Assembly: GCA_963782465.1 (NCBI GenBank)
Contig: CAWAJR010000007.1
Coordinates: forward strand, 347,016 to 411,015
Length of the DNA stretch: 64,000 nt
Source: an uncultured Actinomycetes bacterium
GTDB lineage: Bacteria; Actinomycetota; Acidimicrobiia; IMCC26256; PALSA-610
Direction of reading: 5' to 3'
Every line of letters starts with the position of its first letter. The stretch's first letter is position 1. Under the pieces are notes generated by a model, which was given only the letters and a program-made list of their open reading frames with translations, searched no databases and was not told the DNA's origin. Positions 44,101 through 52,293 of this stretch are shown here, piece by piece. The position numbers and the translations under genes were made by a program.

Positions 44101-44721
44101 TCACTGGCGCGTGCGCAGCGTCGCCAACCCTTCTCCGGCACAGTCGGCGAGGGCACCTTGACGACCGACCATGGCGAGCACCAACGACATCACCGGGCCG
44201 TCGACCTCGGGACCGTCGCCGCTCGACCACTCGACGTCGGTCGCCCGTAAGCGCAGCCCGGCGATGCGCTTCTTCGCGCCGAGTGGCGCGCCGGCCTTCT
44301 TGTAGAGCTCGGCCAGGGTGACGAGGTGTGCTTCGGGGTGTTCGCCCTTGGTGCCGAGGGCGCGGCGGATGTCTTCACCGTGGCACATGATCTCGCCCAA
44401 CGCGACGTACGCGGGCCCGGGTGGCTTCTTGTTGCTCTCGACGATTTCACCAAAGCGTGCGAGCACTTCGTCGGGTGAACCTTGCGCGTAAGGACGAAGG
44501 TCCTTGTCGACGAACTTGTCGAAGTTGAAGCCGGCGACGATGAAGCCGGCGAAGAAGTGGCCGGCTGTGATGTGGCCCGAAGCGACGAGATGCGCCGTGA
44601 CCTCCTGCACGTTCCACCTGTCGCACCACGTGGGCGCGCTCCACTGTTCGGGGCCGAGCGTGCTCAGGAATTCGGCCAGTTGCCGGCGTTCGGCGTGGAC
44701 CATCGGCATGAGATCAGCCAT
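44101..44721 (-). CDS. Maleylpyruvate isomerase-family mycothiol-dependent enzyme (DinB/MDMPI_N, TIGR03083-like)
   Basis: From ATG 44721: MVHAERRQLAEFLSTLGPEQWSAPTWCDRWNVQEVTAHL. The upstream part of ORF 44101..44817 looks non-coding. Confidence 0.78.
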   Translation of the reverse strand: MADLMPMVHAERRQLAEFLSTLGPEQWSAPTWCDRWNVQEVTAHLVASGHITAGHFFAGFIVAGFNFDKFVDKDLRPYAQGSPDEVLARFGEIVESNKKPPGPAYVALGEIMCHGEDIRRALGTKGEHPEAHLVTLAELYKKAGAPLGAKKRIAGLRLRATDVEWSSGDGPEVDGPVMSLVLAMVGRQGALADCAGEGLATLRTRQ

Positions 44722-44776
44722 CGCGGGGTTCCTCGCTCGAAGGCCCGGTCGCCGTTGGCCCGGCGACAATCTAATT

Positions 44777-44797
44777 AGGCTAGCGCCGAAATAGCCT
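44777..44797. promoter_or_regulatory. Small inverted repeat in an AT-rich patch upstream of the ArsR-family gene (candidate operator)
   Basis: aggcta-gcgccgaaa-tagcct within caatctaattaggctag, 26 nt upstream of GTG 44823. A purine-rich SD (ggggaggaagg) follows. Confidence 0.3.
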
Positions 44798-44822
44798 CGG
44801 TGGGGAGGAAGGAACACGGTTC

Positions 44823-45836
44823 GTGAGTGACGTCCAGGCCCTCCTCGCCGCGCTCAACTCGCCGATCCGGCGCGAGATCCTCTGGCTGGTCTGGGGCGAG
44901 GAGATGCCGGCCGGGCGCATCGCGGCCGAATTCGACGTGCGCTCGCCCACCATCTCCGAACACCTGAACGTGCTCCTCGACGCCGGCCTCGTGTCGGTCC
45001 GGCGTGAGGGCACCTTCCGTCACTACCGGGCGCGCCAAGACGTGTTGCACGGCCTGCAGGCGCTCGTGTTCGCCGAGCACGACAAGTGGGTGCCCGTTGC
45101 CGACCCGGGCCCGTCGGAGGCCGAGGCGGGCCTCGACATGGTCGTGCGGGCGCACGTCGACGTCGAACTGGCGCCCGAGGGCGCGTTCCATGCCTTCAAC
45201 GACGGCCCCACCTTCAGCGCGTGGCTCGGGGTCCCGGTCCGGCTCGATGCCGGTCGGTTCGCGTGCACGACCCAGTTCGGCACACGCGTGCGTGGCCGCT
45301 ACGACGTGATCGTCGAACCGCGTTTGCTCGTGTTGCGATGGGACTTCGAAGACGACGTCGTGCCGGTGCCGGGTCGCGAGCTCCTCGCCTACGTGTGGTT
45401 CGCTCCCGTCGGTACTGACCGCGACGGCGTCCGACCCGTCACCCGGGTCGAGGTGCAGCAAGTCGTCGGCGACGCCCAGGAGGCCGAATTCATGGGCGTC
45501 GCGTGGACCTTCGTGCTCGGCCACCTCGAACGCTGGCCGCAGCGCGCGTCAAGGGTGAGAATCCCGAGGTCACGGCGCCGTTTCGGAGCTTCTAAGGTTT
45601 CGGTCGAGCGATGGGCCGAGGGGAACCGGGGGGAACGGTGCGACGGACGCGGCGACGACTGGGTGCCTCCGTCGGTGCGGTCCTCGCCGTCATCGCAATG
45701 GTGGGTGCCGGCACCACCCCGGCCGTGGGCGACGGCGTGGTGCAGGCCCCGAGGACGGTGGTGCCGACCGCCCGGGCGTCGACGGGCGCCGTCTCGAACC
45801 AGTGGGCGTCGACCAACTGGTCGGGCTACACGGTGA
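44823..45836 (+). CDS. ArsR-family wHTH fused to an SRPBCC/Aha1-like domain; the 3' ~95 codons look like out-of-frame readthrough
   Basis: LNSPIRREILWLVWGEEMPAGRIAAEFDVRSPTISEHLNVLLDAGLV, then an SRPBCC-like domain ending FMGVAWTFVLGHLERW. After about 45545 the product becomes R/P/W-rich and overlaps the next gene by 226 nt. Another frame stops at TAA 45593-45595. Confidence 0.7.
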   Translation: MSDVQALLAALNSPIRREILWLVWGEEMPAGRIAAEFDVRSPTISEHLNVLLDAGLVSVRREGTFRHYRARQDVLHGLQALVFAEHDKWVPVADPGPSEAEAGLDMVVRAHVDVELAPEGAFHAFNDGPTFSAWLGVPVRLDAGRFACTTQFGTRVRGRYDVIVEPRLLVLRWDFEDDVVPVPGRELLAYVWFAPVGTDRDGVRPVTRVEVQQVVGDAQEAEFMGVAWTFVLGHLERWPQRASRVRIPRSRRRFGASKVSVERWAEGNRGERCDGRGDDWVPPSVRSSPSSQWWVPAPPRPWATAWCRPRGRWCRPPGRRRAPSRTSGRRPTGRATR

Positions 45837-46450
45837 CCGGTTCGAACTTCACCAAGGTGTCGGGAACGTTCCAGGTGCCGAAGGCGACCGGAGCGAAGCG
45901 CTCCAAGCCCGCCTATTCGTCGGCCTGGATCGGTATCGACGGGTTCGACAACGGGAACCTCATCCAGGCCGGTACGGCATCCGACTGGTCGGGCGGCACG
46001 GCGAGCTACTACGCGTGGTGGGAGATCCTGCCCGCCTCCGAGACGCGGATCCCCGCGAGTGTGATCACGGTGCATGCCGGCGACCTGATGACCGTGAAGA
46101 TCACCAAGGGCTCACCGAAGTGGACGATCCGCATCACCGACAAGACGACCGGCAAGTCGTTCACGACGAAGCAGGTGTACGGCGGCGCGGGTACGTCGGC
46201 CGAGTGGATCGTCGAAGCACCGTTGATCGGGAACAAGCTCGCGAAGCTCGCGCACTACGGACCGATGTTCTTCGACAACGGACGGGTCAACGGCGCCAGC
46301 CCCAACCTGCAGCCGAGCGATTCCGGCGTGATGACGAAGGGCGCGAAGATGAAGGTCATCTCGTCGCCGTCGGTACCCGACGACGACGCGAAGCCCGACG
46401 GGTTCGCGATGCGTTACGGGCCCGTCGCGCCGCCACCACCGAGCTCGTAG
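45611..46450 (+). CDS. Secreted peptidase G1 (eqolisin / scytalidoglutamic peptidase, Peptidase_A4) family protein
   Basis: Signal-like N-terminus. [26 protein letters not shown] (catalytic Gln context) and [10 protein letters not shown] (catalytic Glu context). Confidence 0.8.
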   Translation: MGRGEPGGTVRRTRRRLGASVGAVLAVIAMVGAGTTPAVGDGVVQAPRTVVPTARASTGAVSNQWASTNWSGYTVTGSNFTKVSGTFQVPKATGAKRSKPAYSSAWIGIDGFDNGNLIQAGTASDWSGGTASYYAWWEILPASETRIPASVITVHAGDLMTVKITKGSPKWTIRITDKTTGKSFTTKQVYGGAGTSAEWIVEAPLIGNKLAKLAHYGPMFFDNGRVNGASPNLQPSDSGVMTKGAKMKVISSPSVPDDDAKPDGFAMRYGPVAPPPPSS

Positions 46451-46466
46451 CGGCTGGAGTGACTGC

Positions 46467-46964
46467 GTGACGGCACCCGAAGTCCATCCCGAGATCGCCC
46501 CGCTGGCCTTTCTGCTCGGGACGTGGTCGGGGCGGGGCCACGGCGAGTACCCGACGATCGAATCGTTCGACTACGACGAGACCGTGACCTTCACCCACGT
46601 CGGCAAACCGTTCATCGCCTACGCGCAGCGCAGCCGCCACGCGATCGACGGGCGGCCGCTCCACGGGGAGAACGGGTTCTGGCGGCTCGCGCCCGCGTCG
46701 GCAAGGGTCGAGTTCGTGGTCGCGCACCCTTCGGGCATCGTCGAAGTCTCGGAGGGTGGGTTCGACGGCCCGATGCTGCGCATGCGGTCGACCGCGGTCG
46801 TCGGTACCGCGACGGCGAAGTCGGTGACGGCGATCGAGCGCGACCTCGTCGTGGGCGACGACGTGCTGCAGTACGTGCTGCGCATGGCCGCAGTGGGCCA
46901 ACCGCTCACACTCCATCTCTCCGCGGAACTGCACCGCCGCCCGGACGCGGCTCAGCCGACGTAA
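46467..46964 (+). CDS. Nitrobindin / THAP4-like heme-binding beta-barrel (DUF1794) protein
   Basis: [53 protein letters not shown]. Confidence 0.8.
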   Translation: MTAPEVHPEIAPLAFLLGTWSGRGHGEYPTIESFDYDETVTFTHVGKPFIAYAQRSRHAIDGRPLHGENGFWRLAPASARVEFVVAHPSGIVEVSEGGFDGPMLRMRSTAVVGTATAKSVTAIERDLVVGDDVLQYVLRMAAVGQPLTLHLSAELHRRPDAAQPT

Positions 46965-47182
46965 GGGCAGTGCCGGCAGCCCGAATCGCAACAGGTGCCG
47001 CGTGCGGCCAGGTACGCGGCCGTCAGCACGAACAGCCCGGTTGCCGGGTCGAGGTAGCCGTCTTCGCCGGTTGCGAGCGCGGCGCGGTGGGCGGCGAGCA
47101 CCCGGTCGCGATACGGGTCGTCGCGCGCGAGGCGCGACGGGTGCGGTTCGTCGAGCGACCGTGAGGCAAGACGATCCGTCAT
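46952..47182 (-). CDS. Small Cys-rich protein (DUF5522-like)
   Basis: 76 aa from ATG 47182. C-terminal [13 protein letters not shown]. The upstream part of ORF 46952..47272 overlaps the divergent gene. Confidence 0.6.
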   Translation of the reverse strand: MTDRLASRSLDEPHPSRLARDDPYRDRVLAAHRAALATGEDGYLDPATGLFVLTAAYLAARGTCCDSGCRHCPYVG

Positions 47183-47262
47183 GACGGAGCAGGCTACGGC
47201 GACCGGTCTATCGTCGGTTCGAGCGTTCACGCGGCGCGCGTCGAAGGTGAAGAAGGGAGAAC

Positions 47263-47619
47263 GTGGACGCATTCGTGGTCATCGGCTGGCTCGCCTGCGC
47301 GGGGATCGGCTACGCCATCGGCCAGAAGAAGGGCCGGGCCGGCCAGGGTTTCGCGCTCGGCCTGTTGCTCGGCCTCATCGGGCTGATCATCATCGCGGTC
47401 ATGCGTCCCCGGCCCGCGTTCTCGGGCTCGTCGGCCGGCCAGACGGGCTACGGCTACGGGTACGGCACCGGTGAGCCGCACGACCCCAACGTCGCGCCCG
47501 CGGGCTGGCACCCCGACCCGTCGGGCCGGTACCAGCTGCGCTACTGGGACGGCACCCGCTGGACCGAACACGTCACCAGCAACGGTGTTCCCGCGACCGA
47601 CGAGCCCGGCAACCGTTAG
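47263..47619 (+). CDS. DUF2510 domain membrane protein
   Basis: Two TM helices, a Gly/Tyr-rich linker, then GWHPDPSGRYQLRYWDGTRWTEHV. Confidence 0.75.
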   Translation: MDAFVVIGWLACAGIGYAIGQKKGRAGQGFALGLLLGLIGLIIIAVMRPRPAFSGSSAGQTGYGYGYGTGEPHDPNVAPAGWHPDPSGRYQLRYWDGTRWTEHVTSNGVPATDEPGNR

Positions 47620-47927
47620 CCCGTTCGCCGCTGCGCACCGCCGAGGCGCGTTTCAACGGCGTCGACCTTCGCGTGAAGCCCGTCGGTGACGCCGGGCCGG
47701 TAGTCGATCTTCACGACCACGCTCACCCTTGGCGCGGCCTCGGCGACTTTCATCACGCATTGTTTCAAGACCTCGAGCACATCGTCCCAGCCGCCCTCGA
47801 CGTTGGTGAACATCGCGTTCGTCTCGTTCGGAAGGCCGCTCTCGCGCACGATCCGGACCGCGTCGGCGACATACGCGCTGACCGATTCGCCGGCACCGAG
47901 CGGGGTGATGGAAAAGGCTGCGATCAT
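47616..47927 (-). CDS. MTH1187/YkoF-like (DUF77) thiamine-binding family protein
   Basis: 103 aa from ATG 47927. MIAAFSITPLGAGESVSAYVADAVRIVRESGL..TNVEG. The rest of ORF 47616..48521 is R-rich nonsense. Confidence 0.75.
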   Translation of the reverse strand: MIAAFSITPLGAGESVSAYVADAVRIVRESGLPNETNAMFTNVEGGWDDVLEVLKQCVMKVAEAAPRVSVVVKIDYRPGVTDGLHAKVDAVETRLGGAQRRTG

Positions 47928-47985
47928 CGCCAGATCGTCGCGCGCCCGGTACGCGCACGAAAATGCGCGAGCGTCGGTGCCGGTC

Positions 47986-48363
47986 TTACCGGTTACTGAG
48001 GTGCCAGTCGTCGTCGCCGCGACCGCGCCGCTTCCACGGCGGCCACCACTTCTTGCGGCCCCGCTGGGCCTCGCCGAGGTCGCGCAAGACTTCGGGCTCC
48101 GCTTCGTCGAGGATGCGTTCGGCGTCGTCGAGGAGGTCGGCGGTCGCGTCGGCCGCTTCGTCGGGTTCCGCTTCGACCGGCGGCCGGGACGCGAGCGAAC
48201 CCTGCTCGAACGTCGCGTCGATGAGCGTCCGTTCGTAGCTCGCGCAGTTCTCCGGGCAACGCCATGGCGCTTCGGGCGCGAGGTCGAGGACGCAGAAACG
48301 CGCGACTTCGCCGTCGTCGTACGTGCGGGTGGCGAAGTGCCGGCAGTCCTCGCGCATGGCCAC
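47986..48363 (-). CDS. Hypothetical protein with a 4-Cys N-terminus and an acidic/basic tail
   Basis: 125-aa ORF. CRHF..FC..WRCPENC, G/C-ending codons. No family recognised. Confidence 0.55.
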   Translation of the reverse strand: MAMREDCRHFATRTYDDGEVARFCVLDLAPEAPWRCPENCASYERTLIDATFEQGSLASRPPVEAEPDEAADATADLLDDAERILDEAEPEVLRDLGEAQRGRKKWWPPWKRRGRGDDDWHLSNR

Positions 48364-48665
48364 GGTGAAAGTGTTCCACGCGGAAGCCTCGACGCGCGCG
48401 CGAGTTCACCGATCTGTGGTTGACCGCGCGCTCGCGTCTGGATAGGTTGCCCAGGTAATCGTCTTCTGGTGGGGCGCCGAGCTGCGAAAGGGCATCGGCG
48501 TATCGTGGGGAACGCGATCAAACGAATGCTCGATGCGCTGCGACGCGCACCGGCGCGGGGCGCGCCTGCGGCGCGTCATCGCTCGGCCGGGTCGCAGACG
48601 CGGTGTTCCAGCGCACTTTCGACGGCGGTTGCGCCCAGGGAATTGTCCGCAAAGGAGCACGTTTG

Positions 48666-50150
48666 ATGAACGTTCACGTCCATGCGCGGCGCGGTCTGCG
48701 CGTCTTCACCAGCCTCGCGGCGGTGGCCGTCGCGACGCTCGGTCTCGCCGCGGTGTCGACCGGCACCGCGGTCGCAGCCGGGAAGACGACCCTGTTCGTC
48801 GCCAGTAGTGGCGGTACCGACTCGGCGAACAACTGCACAGCCAAGGCGACGCCGTGCGCGACCATCGCGCACGCGATGACCCTCGTCGCCCCGACCGGCA
48901 GCATCATCAAGTTGCTGGATGCCGGCCCGTACGACGAGCAGGTCACGGTGAACAAGAACACCGTGACGATCCAGAGCGCGGTCGGCAACAGTTCGATCGA
49001 GCCGAGCACGCACACGACGAACGCCCAGAAGCCCGACGGCACTCCGATCGTCACGATTCTCAACGTCGCCCCGGGAGTCACCGGCTTCACGCTGAAGAAC
49101 GTCACCGTCGACGGCTCCGCGTGGGGAGTACCGGCGTGTTTCGCGACGCCCTACTACGGGCTGTACGTGCACAGCGCGAAGGCGACGCTCACCAACAGTT
49201 CGGTGCAACACATCATCCCCCAGCCGGGGCACGACGGTTGCCAGAACGGCGTGGCCGTGTACGTGCGCAGTGACGCGTCGCCGGCCGCGAAGCTCACGGT
49301 GACCGGGAAGAACTCGTCGATCACCGACTACAACAAGAACGGTGTCGCGTGCGTCGACCCGATCACCGTCTGCAACTTCACCGGCACGACCGTCACCGGC
49401 GTCGGTCTCACCGCTGTCACCGCGCAGAACGGCTTCGAGTACGAGTACGGCACGTCGGGCACCATGAAGCACGTCACGGTCAGCGGCAACGCGTACACCG
49501 GCCCGACGTACGGCGCCTCGAACGTGCTCATCTACGACTCGGGCGCAGTCACGCTCACCAACAGCACGACGTACGGCGGGAACTACAACGTCGCCGTCTA
49601 CAACAACGGCGTGCCCGGCGGCGTGCCCGGTTGCACGGCCACGCTGTGCTCGGCGTCGAACGTGACCATCCAGAAGACGAAGTCGTACGACACAAAAGCC
49701 AACGGTGACCCGTCCGACTTCGACGGTATCGACCTCGACGGCGTGAGCTTCGCCTCGGTGACGAAGAACACCGTGTACGGCAACGCCGGTGGCGGCATCT
49801 CGCTCTGGGGCGTGCAGTCGAGCACCGTTGCGAACAACACCGTGAACGATCACGGCGCCGGCGACCCCAACTCGGTCGGCATCCTCGTCGACAGCTACGC
49901 GGGGAACGTCAACGCCACGAGCACCGGGAACAGCATCACTGCGAACAAGGTGTCGAACAACACCGCAGACGGCATCCAAGCCGGCACCGACGCGCAGGGC
50001 AACACGTTCACCAACAACAAGTTGATCACCAACGGGGCTTACAACGCAGAGGACAGTTCCACCGGTGGAGGCACCGCCGGAACCGCCAACGGCTGGAGCG
50101 CCAACACCTGCAACCCGTCGGGGAGCAGCAGTCCGCTGGGTCTCTGCTGA
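48666..50150 (+). CDS. Secreted right-handed parallel beta-helix repeat protein (NosD/CASH-like)
   Basis: ATG 48666 with SD aaaggag. Signal peptide ..GTAVAAG. Repeated N/T/G-rich ~22-aa turns (VTVSGNAYTG, VTLTNSTTYGGNYNVAVYNNG, VTKNTVYGNAGGGISLWG, NNTVNDHG, NKVSNNTADGIQAG). Confidence 0.8.
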   Translation: MNVHVHARRGLRVFTSLAAVAVATLGLAAVSTGTAVAAGKTTLFVASSGGTDSANNCTAKATPCATIAHAMTLVAPTGSIIKLLDAGPYDEQVTVNKNTVTIQSAVGNSSIEPSTHTTNAQKPDGTPIVTILNVAPGVTGFTLKNVTVDGSAWGVPACFATPYYGLYVHSAKATLTNSSVQHIIPQPGHDGCQNGVAVYVRSDASPAAKLTVTGKNSSITDYNKNGVACVDPITVCNFTGTTVTGVGLTAVTAQNGFEYEYGTSGTMKHVTVSGNAYTGPTYGASNVLIYDSGAVTLTNSTTYGGNYNVAVYNNGVPGGVPGCTATLCSASNVTIQKTKSYDTKANGDPSDFDGIDLDGVSFASVTKNTVYGNAGGGISLWGVQSSTVANNTVNDHGAGDPNSVGILVDSYAGNVNATSTGNSITANKVSNNTADGIQAGTDAQGNTFTNNKLITNGAYNAEDSSTGGGTAGTANGWSANTCNPSGSSSPLGLC

Positions 50151-50171
50151 CGGATTTCATGCACTGAAGGA

Positions 50172-50206
50172 ACCGGGGCCGGGTGTGTCGAGCACCCGGC
50201 CCCGGT
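50172..50206. terminator. 14-bp perfect hairpin between convergent genes (bidirectional terminator candidate)
   Basis: accggggccgggtg-tgtcgag-cacccggccccggt, between the stops at 50150 (+) and 50224 (-). Confidence 0.6.
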
Positions 50207-50223
50207 CGCGCGCGTGACGAGTG

Positions 50224-51738
50224 TCAGTCGATGGGTGTGAGCACGGGAGCGGCGTCCATCTCGCGCCGGCGTTCTTCCTGCACCGCGAGGGTCCGGGCTT
50301 TGCCGGGCAGGAACAGGGAGAGGACGAACGCGAGCAGCAATACCCACATGCCGAGGATGAACAGGTCGTTGTAACCCGCGATCGCGGCCGTCGTGGCATG
50401 GCCGGCGTGGCTACCGATCGGGCCGCTGCGCGACGCGAGGAACGACGCCAGCACCGCGGTGCCGAACGCGGCTGCGAGCTGCCGGTTCAACGATCGCATC
50501 GCCGAGGCCTGGGCGACGAGGTTGAACGAGACCGCGTTCATGCCGGCAACGGTGTTCGGCATCATCGCGAGCCCGGCACCCAACCCGCCGAAGAACAGCC
50601 ACGCCGAGATCACCCAGAGCGACGTGGTGGGGCCGAGATGGCCGAGGGGCCAGAACGAGATCGCGAGGATCACGAGCCCGACGGTGCACGGCACCCGAGC
50701 GCCGATCCGGTCGGTGAGGCGCCCACCGATCGGCATGGTCGTCGCGATACCGAGCGCCGACGGAGTGAGCGCGACGCCGACTCGCAACGCGCTGAGGCCG
50801 CGCAGCGTTTCGAGTTCGAGCGGGATGAACACGAGGCGGGCGAACTGGGCGATCGTGATGCACCAGATCACGGCCATGGTCAGGCTGAACACCGGTTCCG
50901 CGAAGATGCGCATGTCGATGAGCGGATGTTCCGTTCGCAGCGCCCGGGCGGTGAACACGGCGAGGAGTACGACGCCGACGGTGATCGACGACACGAACGC
51001 CGCGGAGCCCCAGCCCCAATCGGGTGCCTGCGACAGCGCGAGCAGCACGAGCACGAGCCCGATCGACGAGATGACGAGCCCCGACGCGTCGAAACGGCGA
51101 TGTTCGCGGTAGCCGACGTCGCGCAGGAGCCGGATCGCGAGCGGCACACCGACTGCGCCGATCGGGACGTTGATGAAGAACAGCCAGCGCCACGATGCCG
51201 CCGTCGCGAGGTAGCCGCCGAGCACGGGGCCGAGCGCGGGCGCGGCCATGGCGGCGATCCCCCAGATGCCGAGGGCACGGCCGCGCTCCTGCGGCTCGAA
51301 CAGCTCGTAGATCATCGCCATCGCGAGCGGCATCAGCGCGCCGCCGCCGAGACCTTGCAGGACGCGGAACAAGACGAGGACGGCAAGGTCGGGCGACACC
51401 GCGCAGCACAGCGAGCCCGCCGTGAACAGGCCCAGGCTCACGATGAACACCGACTTGCGACCGAAGCGGTCGGCGAGCCAACCGGTGGCCATCATCGACA
51501 CGCCGACGGCGAGGAGGTACACGGTGACGATCCATTCGACGCCGGACAGCGTGTGGAAGTCGGTGCCGATCTGGGGAAGCGCGATGTTCACGATCGACGT
51601 GTCGAGGATGACCATGAACGTGCCGATCAGCACGATCGCCATCGCGACCCACCGGTAGCGGGCGTCGACGGCTGCCTCGGGCCACGCGTCGGCGCCCTCG
51701 GAGGGCGCGGCACGGGAAGAGTGGCGAAGGTCGGTCAT
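50224..51738 (-). CDS. MFS transporter, DHA2 (EmrB/QacA) type
   Basis: From ATG 51738: RYRWVAMAIVLIGTFMVILDTSIVNIALPQI, WLADRFGRKSVF, and 14 hydrophobic segments. The upstream 64 codons of ORF 50224..51930 overlap the divergent promoter and the marR start. Confidence 0.88.
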   Translation of the reverse strand: MTDLRHSSRAAPSEGADAWPEAAVDARYRWVAMAIVLIGTFMVILDTSIVNIALPQIGTDFHTLSGVEWIVTVYLLAVGVSMMATGWLADRFGRKSVFIVSLGLFTAGSLCCAVSPDLAVLVLFRVLQGLGGGALMPLAMAMIYELFEPQERGRALGIWGIAAMAAPALGPVLGGYLATAASWRWLFFINVPIGAVGVPLAIRLLRDVGYREHRRFDASGLVISSIGLVLVLLALSQAPDWGWGSAAFVSSITVGVVLLAVFTARALRTEHPLIDMRIFAEPVFSLTMAVIWCITIAQFARLVFIPLELETLRGLSALRVGVALTPSALGIATTMPIGGRLTDRIGARVPCTVGLVILAISFWPLGHLGPTTSLWVISAWLFFGGLGAGLAMMPNTVAGMNAVSFNLVAQASAMRSLNRQLAAAFGTAVLASFLASRSGPIGSHAGHATTAAIAGYNDLFILGMWVLLLAFVLSLFLPGKARTLAVQEERRREMDAAPVLTPID

Positions 51739-51772
51739 CGGTGGCGGCTGGCCCGGCTGGTCGCGAAGAGCA

Positions 51773-51787
51773 TGCTTGCTGCAAGCA
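51773..51787. promoter_or_regulatory. 15-bp palindrome in the MFS/MarR divergent intergenic region (candidate MarR operator)
   Basis: tgcttgc-t-gcaagca, followed by the AT-rich aactatataggg. It lies between ATG 51738 (-) and ATG 51812 (+). Confidence 0.45.
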
Positions 51788-51811
51788 ACTATATAGGGCA
51801 GAGTATTCCCC

Positions 51812-52282
51812 ATGGCCGTACCGGGCAACACCGACGTCGCGAGGATCGAAGAGGCGCTGATCACGCTCGTCCGCCGGGCCAACAACCCGCGCCGCCACCT
51901 CCAGATCGTGCGGGCCGCCGGCGTCGACATCGACCGTTCGACCTACGTCGTGCTCGCGAGGGTCGCCGAAGCCGAGCGCCGGCGGGTCTCCGACCTCGCG
52001 GTCGACCTCGGCGTCGACATCTCGACCGCAAGCCGCCAGATCGCCCGCGCCGAGGCGCTCGGGCTCGTGTGCCGGGTGCCCGACGAGCGTGACGCCCGGG
52101 CCACGACCCTCGATCTCACCACCGAAGGGCGCCGCATCCTCACCCGGGTCCGCCGGGCCCGCCGCGCGTGGCTCGAATCGGTGCTCGGCACGTTCACCGC
52201 CGAGCAACGGTGCGAGCTCGCGACGGTGCTGGACCGCCTCAATGCCGCGCTCGACGCCGGCGAATCGCTCGACGTGGCCTGA
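51812..52282 (+). CDS. MarR family transcriptional regulator
   Basis: 156 aa. wHTH VSDLAVDLGVDISTASRQIARAEALGLVCRVPDERDARATTLDLTTEGR. Confidence 0.88.
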   Translation: MAVPGNTDVARIEEALITLVRRANNPRRHLQIVRAAGVDIDRSTYVVLARVAEAERRRVSDLAVDLGVDISTASRQIARAEALGLVCRVPDERDARATTLDLTTEGRRILTRVRRARRAWLESVLGTFTAEQRCELATVLDRLNAALDAGESLDVA

Positions 52283-52293
52283 ACCCGGCGAGA

